A stretch of DNA of 53,655 nt from contig JBBIUU010000009.1 of assembly GCA_037440125.1 (NCBI GenBank), positions 1 to 53,655 on the forward strand, written 5' to 3'. This DNA is from Acidobacteriota bacterium. GTDB taxonomy: Bacteria > Acidobacteriota > UBA4820 > DSQY01. The stretch's first letter is position 1; every line of letters begins with the position of its first letter. The notes beneath the pieces are model-generated. The model was given only the letters and a program-made list of their open reading frames with translations. It was not told where the DNA came from and did not search any database. This document shows, one piece after another, positions 1-6,953 of the stretch. A program made the position numbers and the translations under genes.

Positions 1-152
1 GGCATCCAGTGGGCCATCCGGGGCGCCGGGGTGTCGAAGCGGTAGGGCTGGAGCACGTCGGCGACGCTCAGGTCCTTCCTGGGGGTGGCGGCGCCGGCGC
101 AGAGCGCGGCGGCCGCGAGCACGGTGGCGACGAACTTCCCGGCCAGCTTCAT
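1..152 (-). CDS. Partial CDS (N-terminus only) of a secreted or exported hypothetical protein; runs off the window edge
   Basis: The reverse strand from the ATG at 150-152 (GGAGA upstream) reads MKLAGKFVATVLAAAALCAGAATPRKDLSVADVLQPYRFDTPAPRMAHW. The N-terminus looks like a signal peptide. No stop codon occurs before position 1. Confidence 0.4.
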   Translation of the reverse strand, partial: MKLAGKFVATVLAAAALCAGAATPRKDLSVADVLQPYRFDTPAPRMAHWM

Positions 153-197
153 CTCAGGTCTCCTCGGAATCAAGCGAGCATCCTAGCAGAGCGGGGG

Positions 198-329
198 GAA
201 ATTCGGAATTCGGAAAGCGGAAAGCGGAATGGAATCACCCAGAAGTCTGTGTCTTCGTGCAGATTCGGGGCTGGGCACGAGTCCTAGGGGGGCGTAATTT
301 CCGAATTCCGAACTCCGCACTCCGAATTC
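198..329. repeat. Inverted pair of heptamer arrays: (GAAnnCG)n at 198-236 and its complement (CGnnTTC)n at 302-329, flanking a ~65-nt spacer
   Basis: Left array units: gaaattcg gaattcg gaaagcg gaaagcg gaatg gaatc. Right array units: cgaattc cgaactc cgcactc cgaattc. G5-6 and C5 runs cap the outer ends. The element lies in the divergent intergenic region between the partial CDS and pepC. Confidence 0.8.
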
Positions 330-432
330 CCCCTGAGCCATCCCACCCAAGCTCTCCCGACCTTTGGCCCAGAAGTTAGGTGCGCGCCCCCAAGTGGTGT
401 AGCCTCTTTCCTTTGACTGACCGGAGGTAGCC

Positions 433-1851
433 ATGACCCGAAGGTTCCCGATCGTGCCCCTCGTGCTCGCCCTCGTCTGCGCCCTGCCCCTCGCCGCCCA
501 GTACGTCCCCGGGCCGGGAGAGGCCCCCTCGCCTTCGGGTGCGCTCACGCCCGACCTGACGAAGGCGATCCAGCAGTCCCTGACCCTGACGCCGGGCCTC
601 AAGGCCGCTCAGAACGCCCTGGCGGAGAACGAGCTCAACGCGCTCGTCCTCGACCACGCCAGGAGCATCGCGGACGACGCGCTCTTCACCTACACCGTCA
701 AGGGCGGCAAGATCACGAACCAGGAGCAGACGGGCCGCTGCTGGCTCTTCGCGGGGCTCAACAACCTCCGCCCCTCCATCATGAAGAAGTACAACCTCGA
801 GAACTTCGAGCTCTCCCAGGCCTACAACCAGTTCTGGGACAAGATGGAGCGCGCCAACCGGACGCTCGAGCTCGCCATCGCGCTCGCGGGAGAGCCCACC
901 GACAGCCGCAAGAACATGCTCCTCCTCAACAAGCCCATCGAGGACGGCGGCGACTGGAACTTCGTGCTCTTCCTCGTGGACAAGTACGGCTGCGTGCCCA
1001 AGAGCGTCATGCCCGACACGTGGAGCGCCGCCCACACGGACCAGATGAACGGCCTCCTCGCGGCGCTCATGCGCAAGGGCATCCTCGAGCTCCGCACCAA
1101 GGCCGTCGCGGGCGCCACCCCCGAGCAGCTGCGCGCCCAGAAGGCCGAGACCCTCAAGCAGGTCTACAAGGTCCTCGCCCTCTGCCTCGGCGAGCCCCCG
1201 AGCCAGTTTGGGTGGCGCTACGAGGACAAGGACAAGAAGGTCAGCGCGCCCAAGACCTACACGCCCCAGAGCTTCTACAAGGAGTTCATGGGCGTGAGCC
1301 TGCACGACTACCTGCCCTTCGTGAACTACCCCGGCAAGCCCTACGACAAGGTCCTCAAGTTCGCCTGGAACCGCGACACCGCGGACGGCGCGGACATGAC
1401 CGCCCTCAACATCACCACGGACCAGATGAAGGCCATGGGCCTCGCCTCCATCCAGGCCGACGAGGCCGTGTGGTTCTGCTGCAACTCCTCGGTCCAGCGG
1501 AACACCAAGGCGGGTCTGTGGGACCAGGGCGTCCAGGACTACGGCGACCTGTTCGGGCTCGACTTCGGCTTCACGAAGGCGGACGGGCTGGCGTACTACC
1601 AGCAGGCCCCCAACCACTGCATGGTGTTCGTGGGCGTCAACGTCGCGAACGGCAAGCCCGACAAGTGGAAGGTGGAGAACTCCTGGGGCGACAAGCGCGG
1701 GCGCGACGGCTACTGGACCGTCACCGACTCGTGGTTCGACGCCAACGTCTACGAGATGCTCGTGAACAAGAAGTTCGTGCCCGAGGCGCTGCAGAAGCTG
1801 TCTCAGGGCGAGCCCCTCGTCATGGCGCCTTGGGACCCATTCTCCAACTGA
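433..1851 (+). CDS. pepC: Aminopeptidase C / bleomycin hydrolase family cysteine peptidase (C1B) with a signal-like N-terminus
   Basis: 472-aa ORF with GGAGG upstream of the ATG. Catalytic Cys motif QEQTGRCWLFAGLN. C-terminal ENSWGDKRGRDGYW...WF..VYEMLV is typical of PepC. N-terminus MTRRFPIVPLVLALVCALPLAAQ is signal-like. Confidence 0.9.
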   Translation: MTRRFPIVPLVLALVCALPLAAQYVPGPGEAPSPSGALTPDLTKAIQQSLTLTPGLKAAQNALAENELNALVLDHARSIADDALFTYTVKGGKITNQEQTGRCWLFAGLNNLRPSIMKKYNLENFELSQAYNQFWDKMERANRTLELAIALAGEPTDSRKNMLLLNKPIEDGGDWNFVLFLVDKYGCVPKSVMPDTWSAAHTDQMNGLLAALMRKGILELRTKAVAGATPEQLRAQKAETLKQVYKVLALCLGEPPSQFGWRYEDKDKKVSAPKTYTPQSFYKEFMGVSLHDYLPFVNYPGKPYDKVLKFAWNRDTADGADMTALNITTDQMKAMGLASIQADEAVWFCCNSSVQRNTKAGLWDQGVQDYGDLFGLDFGFTKADGLAYYQQAPNHCMVFVGVNVANGKPDKWKVENSWGDKRGRDGYWTVTDSWFDANVYEMLVNKKFVPEALQKLSQGEPLVMAPWDPFSN

Positions 1852-1862
1852 GGCGGGCACGC

Positions 1863-1871
1863 TGGTAGAAT
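1863..1871 (+). promoter_or_regulatory. Possible extended -10 promoter element (TGgTAGAAT) for the M32 carboxypeptidase gene
   Basis: TGGTAGAAT lies ~50 nt upstream of the ATG at 1923. The -35 is poor, which is tolerated with an extended -10. Confidence 0.3.
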
Positions 1872-1922
1872 GAACCACCGGAAACCCACAATTCACGGAG
1901 CCCCGCACTGCGGAGGACGACC

Positions 1923-3416
1923 ATGAGCGACGCCGTACAGAGGTTCTACGAGAAGTGCCGCTTCATCCACGACGTGAGCGAGGTCCAGCAGCTCATGGAG
2001 TGGGACCAGCAGGTCATGATGCCCAGGAAGGGCTCCGACCAGCGCGGCTACCAGCAGGCGGCCCTGGCCGCCGTGGCCCACGCCAAGCTCACCGAACCGG
2101 AGCTCGGCGACATCATCGCCGAGCTCGCGCAGCTGAAGGACGCCCCCGTCGACCTGGCCGCCGACGTGCGCGAGGCCAAGCGCGCCTATGACCGCGCCGT
2201 GAAGGTGCCGGCGCGCCTGGTGACCGAGCGCGCGCGGGTGTGCTCCCTCGCCCAGGTAGCGTGGGAGTCCGCCAAGGGGGCCAACGACTTCGCCTCCTTC
2301 CGTCCCCACCTCGAGGCGGTCCTCAAGGTGACCCGGGAGATCGCCCACGCCGTGGGCCGCGGCGGGAGCGCCTACGACGCGCTCCTGGACGAGTACGAAC
2401 CGGGCATGACCGAAGCCTCGCTCACGGCCACCTTCGGCGACCTGCGCGACCGCCTCGTGAAGCTCCTCGACAGGCTCCAGGGCTCGAGCCGCAAGCCCTG
2501 CCAGGGGCCCGTCAAAAGGCACTTCCCCAAGGATGCCCAGGTGGCCTTCGGCCTGAAGGTCATCGCCGACATGGGCTACGACATGGAGGCCGGGCGCCTC
2601 GACGTATCGGCCCACCCCTTCACCAACGGGACCCTGGGCGACGTCCGCATCACGACGCGCTACAGCGAGAACTTCCTCAACATGGCGCTCTTCGGCACCA
2701 TGCACGAGGCGGGGCACGCGCTCTACGAGCAGGGCCTCGACCCCGAGCGCTACCGCGACCCCGCGGGCGGCTTCTGCTCCATGGGCGTCCACGAGTCGCA
2801 GTCCCGCTTCTGGGAGAACATGATCGGGCGCTCCCGCCCCTTCTGGAAACGCTACTACCCCGACCTCAAGAGGGCCTTCCCCGGCGTCCTCGACGACGTC
2901 GCGGAGGATGCGTTCTACGGCGCCATCAACGTGGTCCAGCCCTCCCTCATCCGCGTGGAGGCCGACGAGGTCACCTACAACCTGCACATCATCCTGCGCT
3001 TCGAGCTCGAGAGCGCGCTCCTCGGCGACCGGCTCCAGGCGGCGGACCTCCCAACGGCCTGGAACGAGAAGGTGAAGTCCTTCCTCGGCATCGTGCCGCC
3101 CACGGACCGCGAGGGCGTCCTCCAGGACGTGCACTGGAGCGCCGGGCTCTTCGGCTACTTCCCCACCTACGCCCTCGGCAACCTCTACGCCGCGCAGTTC
3201 GCGGAGGCCCTCCGCAGGGACCTGCCCGACCTCGACGAGCGCGTGGCGAAGGGCGAGCTTAAGGACATCAAGGCATGGCTCAACCACAATATCCACCGCG
3301 AGGGCCGGCGGTACCTGGCGCAGGACCTCTGCGCGAAGGTCACCGGGAAACCGCTCTCCGCCAACGCCGCGCTCGACTACCTCACGGCCAAGTTCTCGGG
3401 GGTGTACGGAGTCTGA
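1923..3416 (+). CDS. Carboxypeptidase Taq-like metallopeptidase (M32 family)
   Basis: 497-aa ORF with the HEAGHALYEQG zinc motif (HExxH). HPF, HESQSRFWEN, DVHWS and GYFPTYALGN blocks are characteristic of M32. Confidence 0.9.
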   Translation: MSDAVQRFYEKCRFIHDVSEVQQLMEWDQQVMMPRKGSDQRGYQQAALAAVAHAKLTEPELGDIIAELAQLKDAPVDLAADVREAKRAYDRAVKVPARLVTERARVCSLAQVAWESAKGANDFASFRPHLEAVLKVTREIAHAVGRGGSAYDALLDEYEPGMTEASLTATFGDLRDRLVKLLDRLQGSSRKPCQGPVKRHFPKDAQVAFGLKVIADMGYDMEAGRLDVSAHPFTNGTLGDVRITTRYSENFLNMALFGTMHEAGHALYEQGLDPERYRDPAGGFCSMGVHESQSRFWENMIGRSRPFWKRYYPDLKRAFPGVLDDVAEDAFYGAINVVQPSLIRVEADEVTYNLHIILRFELESALLGDRLQAADLPTAWNEKVKSFLGIVPPTDREGVLQDVHWSAGLFGYFPTYALGNLYAAQFAEALRRDLPDLDERVAKGELKDIKAWLNHNIHREGRRYLAQDLCAKVTGKPLSANAALDYLTAKFSGVYGV

Positions 3417-3423
3417 AAAGGCC

Positions 3424-3455
3424 GAGCTGAGGAGCTGGAGAGCTGAAGAGCTGGT
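3424..3455. repeat. Four tandem 8-nt units GAGCTGRR
   Basis: Units read gagctgag gagctgga gagctgaa gagctggt. They lie just after the carboxypeptidase stop codon. Confidence 0.7.
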
Positions 3456-3476
3456 GAAAGCAAGGTCAAGACATGC

Positions 3477-3503
3477 GGGCGGCGCGGTGGCGCCGCCCGT
3501 TTT
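3477..3503 (+). terminator. Intrinsic terminator hairpin between two convergent transcription units
   Basis: Stem gggcggcgc, loop ggtg, stem gcgccgccc (9-bp perfect), followed by gtttt. An A-run lies on the opposite strand, so it may also act on the minus-strand operon ending at 3523. Confidence 0.6.
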
Positions 3504-3522
3504 CCATCTAAAGGGAGCACCC

Positions 3523-4614
3523 CTACGAGATGGCTGCGACGAGCGCGTCGGCGGGATCGGCGCCCTGCGGCAATTCGCGGAGGAAGAGCGCGTCGGGGGC
3601 GGGCTCCACGATAAGCGCGCTCGCTCCCTGGCGCTGGAGCACGACGGTGCGGGCACCGCCCTTCTCGCGCACCGTGAGTCCGGCGGCCTCCTGCACGAAC
3701 CCCAGCTGGCGAAGGCGCAACGCGGCGCCCGCCGCGGCCCAGCCCGAGGGCCCCTTTGCGGCGAGACCCTTCGCGGCGAGGCTGTCCAGCGCACCCGTGA
3801 GCGCATGCTCGTCCTGCCTCATCCGGTCCCACTCGCCCGTCCACACGGGGTGCGCGAGCCACGAGGTGTCGGGTTCAGCGAGCGACTGGCCGAGGGCCGA
3901 GAAGGGCATGGGGCCCCTGGCGCGGAGGAGCGCCGAGAGTGTCACGGCTTCGGAGGGGGAGAGCTTCAGGTCCACCGGCTCGCCCGGCGGGAGTCCCGGC
4001 GCCCCGGTGGCGGCCACCGCGCGGAGCGCGCCGTAGAGGGTCCAGTGCGCCGCGGTGACGATGCAGGCCGAAAGGACGAGGAACCAGATCGTCCAGTAGG
4101 TCACGAACCCCCAGGGCATGAGCCTGAAGAAGCCGCAGAGGGTGAAGGCGAAGAGCCAGAACCCGAGGTAGCGACCCTTGTTGCGGTAGATGAGGCCGCC
4201 GAAGCGGTCGCGCCCCACGGGGATGTTCCGCCCCACCATCACGCCGAGGACGGCGCCGAGGACCACGCCCGCGAAGAGGAATCCCACGCGGAGGAAGAGG
4301 AAGATGATGTCCGCGGCGTTGAGGAGGCCCCGGAGGTCCGTGATCTTTTGGGCGCCGAAGATGACGCGGAAGAAGGACAGCGCGAAGAGGATCGTCGTGA
4401 CGAAGAGGACCACCGTGGGCAGGAGGAGGACGGCCCGCAGGACGGGCCGCTTCCCCTGGCGGAAGACCGCGATGCGGCGGTTGATCTCGGCGAGGGTCGC
4501 GTAGAGCGCCGTGCTGTAGCAGAGCTTCACGAAGAGCATGACGACCCACACGACCGCCTTGTAGACGAAGAGGAGGGCGGCGCCGGCGGTCAGGGGGGGC
4601 ACGCTAAGCGCCAT
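3523..4614 (-). CDS. Polytopic membrane protein (about 6 hydrophobic segments) with a soluble C-terminal domain; unknown function; last gene of the operon
   Basis: 363-aa ORF with GGGAGGG upstream. Its start overlaps the preceding gene end by 11 nt. Amino-acid composition is normal. Hydrophobic helices in the first ~210 aa are followed by LSPSEAVTLSALLRARGPMPFSAL... No recognisable catalytic motif. Confidence 0.75.
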   Translation of the reverse strand: MALSVPPLTAGAALLFVYKAVVWVVMLFVKLCYSTALYATLAEINRRIAVFRQGKRPVLRAVLLLPTVVLFVTTILFALSFFRVIFGAQKITDLRGLLNAADIIFLFLRVGFLFAGVVLGAVLGVMVGRNIPVGRDRFGGLIYRNKGRYLGFWLFAFTLCGFFRLMPWGFVTYWTIWFLVLSACIVTAAHWTLYGALRAVAATGAPGLPPGEPVDLKLSPSEAVTLSALLRARGPMPFSALGQSLAEPDTSWLAHPVWTGEWDRMRQDEHALTGALDSLAAKGLAAKGPSGWAAAGAALRLRQLGFVQEAAGLTVREKGGARTVVLQRQGASALIVEPAPDALFLRELPQGADPADALVAAIS

Positions 4615-5026
4615 GGGACCCTCCCGCCATCCTGCTCGCCACCCAGGCGCGCGCCTCCTCTTCGGCGAGGGGGAAGCGCAGCCTCAGCGCCTCGGGCGAG
4701 CGCCGGCACTCCACCGCGCTGCCCTCCCTGAAGGCGAGGTGGACCACCTCCGCGCCGCCGCGGCCGAAGAGGGAGAGCGTCCAGACGCGCTCGGGCGAGG
4801 CGAGCCAGCGCAGCGCCGCGGCCACGAAGGGGTTCACGCGGCGGTCCGCCAGGAGGACCCCTCTCGCGGCGAGCTCGGAGAGGAGCTGGCCCTCGGCGGA
4901 GCTGCCCGCGGGCACGTCGCCCGCCCCCGCCACCGGGTCGCGCAGGGGCGAATCCGGCGAAGGCTCGAGGCCGAGGGTCTGGAGGAGCCAGCGGGCCTGG
5001 GTGGGGTTGAGGGTCGCCTCGATCAT
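4604..5026 (-). CDS. Hypothetical 140-aa soluble protein
   Basis: Internal ATG of track ORF 4604..5560. It forms an ATGA overlap with the stop of the upstream gene (5023-5026). Reads MIEATLNPTQARWLLQTLGLEP... The upstream part of the track ORF is Arg/Gly-rich junk overlapping a better ORF. Confidence 0.65.
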   Translation of the reverse strand: MIEATLNPTQARWLLQTLGLEPSPDSPLRDPVAGAGDVPAGSSAEGQLLSELAARGVLLADRRVNPFVAAALRWLASPERVWTLSLFGRGGAEVVHLAFREGSAVECRRSPEALRLRFPLAEEEARAWVASRMAGGSHGA

Positions 5027-5586
5027 GCGGACTCCCAGCGGCCCCAGAGGCCGAAACCGATCTTGAACGCGTGGACGGCCTTGCTCAGGACCGAGGCGTT
5101 GCAGGCCTTCAGGTCCTCGCCGAAGGTGGTGAGGTCCGGGTCGTGCGTACCGGGCTCGAGGGGGAAGGAGGGGCGCAGGCCCCCCGCGCGCCCGAGGGCC
5201 GAGAGCGCCTGCGACCACGCCTCGGGGGATCCGGCCTCGCGGGCCGCCTCCCGGTGAAGCGCCCCGAAGGCCCCGCCCGAAGCGGAAGCGAACGCCGTCT
5301 CGCGATCCTTGCCGGCGCCGACGCAACGCTCGTAGACGAAGGGCGCCGCGCCCAGCACGTGCGGCGCCGAGGGCGGCGGTGCAAGACCCGTCCCCGCCGG
5401 TCCCCGCTTCGCTCCCGAGTCCTCGTCCCTGAGGAAGAGCGTCGAGGCGACGGTGAGGAGGTAGGCGTCCTCCACCACGTCGGAAGAGGCCACGCGCTGG
5501 TACCAGGCGGGCGAGGAGCCCACGAAAGCGCGGATGCGCTCGAAGGAGCCCTCCTGCCATCCCCAGTTCCAGAACGAACGCGCCAT
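5023..5586 (-). CDS. Hypothetical 187-aa protein
   Basis: GGAGGGAG lies 6 nt upstream of the ATG, and the gene starts 16 nt after the FHA gene stop. Non-repetitive composition (MARSFWNWGWQEGSFERIRAF...). No motif recognised. Confidence 0.7.
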   Translation of the reverse strand: MARSFWNWGWQEGSFERIRAFVGSSPAWYQRVASSDVVEDAYLLTVASTLFLRDEDSGAKRGPAGTGLAPPPSAPHVLGAAPFVYERCVGAGKDRETAFASASGGAFGALHREAAREAGSPEAWSQALSALGRAGGLRPSFPLEPGTHDPDLTTFGEDLKACNASVLSKAVHAFKIGFGLWGRWESA

Positions 5587-5602
5587 GACGTCTCCCTCCG
5601 CC

Positions 5603-6934
5603 TCAGGCCTCGGGCGGGTTGTAGCACAGGGTCGTGTTGCTCACCCGGACGCGGTCCCCCGGCTGGAGCACGGTGGGGCCGTCGATCTTCTCCTCGTTCA
5701 CGAACGTGCCGTTGCTGCTCCCCATGTCGGCCACGCGCCACACGCCCGTGCTCTCCCGCGTGAACTTCACGTGGTGCCTGGAGACGCCCGGGTCGTTGAC
5801 GACGATGGCGTTGTCCCCCTGGCGGCCCAGCGAGAGGCCGTCCACGAGGGGGAAGGTCTGTCCGGCGAGGGCGCCCGTCTCCACGACGAGGCGCTGGATG
5901 ACCGCCGTGGGGCCGTCGAGCATGACCGTCGCCTCGGTACCCACCTCGGGGCCTGCTGCGGCCTTGGGCAGCTCGGGCGGAGGCCCGAAGACGATCTTGA
6001 GGAGCTCGTCCAGATCTCCCGCGAGCAGGGTCGAGAGGGCCGCGTCGCCGCCGCTCATGGACAGGAGGAAGAGGTCGAACACGGATCGGGCGAGGAGGAG
6101 CACGTCGTGCCCGTAGCCGCCCCGCACGGGTGCCGTGACGGAGAGAGCGGCTCGCGCGCTCGCGTTCCGGAACCCCGCCTCGAGGAAGGTCCCCGCGGGG
6201 GTCAGCTCGCAGACGACGCGGTTCGCGGCCGTGCCCACGCGCTCGAGGAGGCCCGCCTTCTCCAGCGCCAGGAGCGCCGGGCGCGGGTCCTTCGCGACGG
6301 CGAGCTCGCCCACGGCGAGCGGCAGGAGCTTGGCGACGAAAGGCAGCGTCCAGCGGAAGTCCTCGACGGCGGCCTCGCCCAGACGCGCCTGGACGTCCTC
6401 CGGGGCGAAGAGCGCCACGGGCTCCTTGTGGTCGAGCAGAGAGATGAGGCGGGCGCGACGGAGCTGGTCGAGGACCGCGAGGAGGGCGAGGACCTCGGGC
6501 GTCGAGAGCTTGACGGAGATACGGTCGGGCCTGAGGGCGTCGTCCGCGGCGAGGGCGTTGGCCACGAGGAAGCGCAGCTCCGGTTCGGAGCGGAGGCTGA
6601 CGCGCCGAAGGTCCCCCGAGCGCGCCAGCGAGACCCACGCACCGCCCATGTCGGGGTGCCACGCGAGGAGGCAGCGGCTCACGTGCTCGTCCGCCACGAC
6701 GCTGTGGAACTGCACCACCTTGCGGGGGTCGGCCAGCGCCCGCAGGAAGCGTTCCGCGAGGGCCTTGAAGGTCGGATCGAGGGCCTGGAAGGCCTTGACG
6801 GCGGCCTCCGCCTCGGGGCCCGCGGGGAGCTTGTCGGGGAGCGAGCCGAGGCCCTGGGCGTGGACGCCGAAGCCGGCGGCCACCGCGGCCATCTCCTTCT
6901 CGTTCAGGATCCACTCACCTTGTTCGACCTGCAT
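5603..6934 (-). CDS. FHA domain protein with a ~340-aa N-terminal domain of unknown function
   Basis: 443-aa ORF. The C-terminal segment LGRQGDNAIVVNDPGVSRHHVKF...VADMGSSNGTFVNEEKI...GDRVRV matches the FHA signature (GR..., SR.H, S.NGT.vN). GAGGTGAGG lies upstream of the ATG. Confidence 0.85.
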   Translation of the reverse strand: MQVEQGEWILNEKEMAAVAAGFGVHAQGLGSLPDKLPAGPEAEAAVKAFQALDPTFKALAERFLRALADPRKVVQFHSVVADEHVSRCLLAWHPDMGGAWVSLARSGDLRRVSLRSEPELRFLVANALAADDALRPDRISVKLSTPEVLALLAVLDQLRRARLISLLDHKEPVALFAPEDVQARLGEAAVEDFRWTLPFVAKLLPLAVGELAVAKDPRPALLALEKAGLLERVGTAANRVVCELTPAGTFLEAGFRNASARAALSVTAPVRGGYGHDVLLLARSVFDLFLLSMSGGDAALSTLLAGDLDELLKIVFGPPPELPKAAAGPEVGTEATVMLDGPTAVIQRLVVETGALAGQTFPLVDGLSLGRQGDNAIVVNDPGVSRHHVKFTRESTGVWRVADMGSSNGTFVNEEKIDGPTVLQPGDRVRVSNTTLCYNPPEA

Positions 6935-6953
6935 GCCTCACCTCTGGCTTGCG

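Noticed and set aside
3523-6934. EspG-like / type VII secretion chaperone interpretation of the small proteins and the FHA N-domain.
   Set aside because: Some sequence patterns (L..LGL..P, GVL...G.P, gd..v.a.r.g..l.l) are reminiscent of EspG. There is no FtsK/EssC-type ATPase, WXG100 gene or other T7SS component in the window. The similarity is purely impressionistic.
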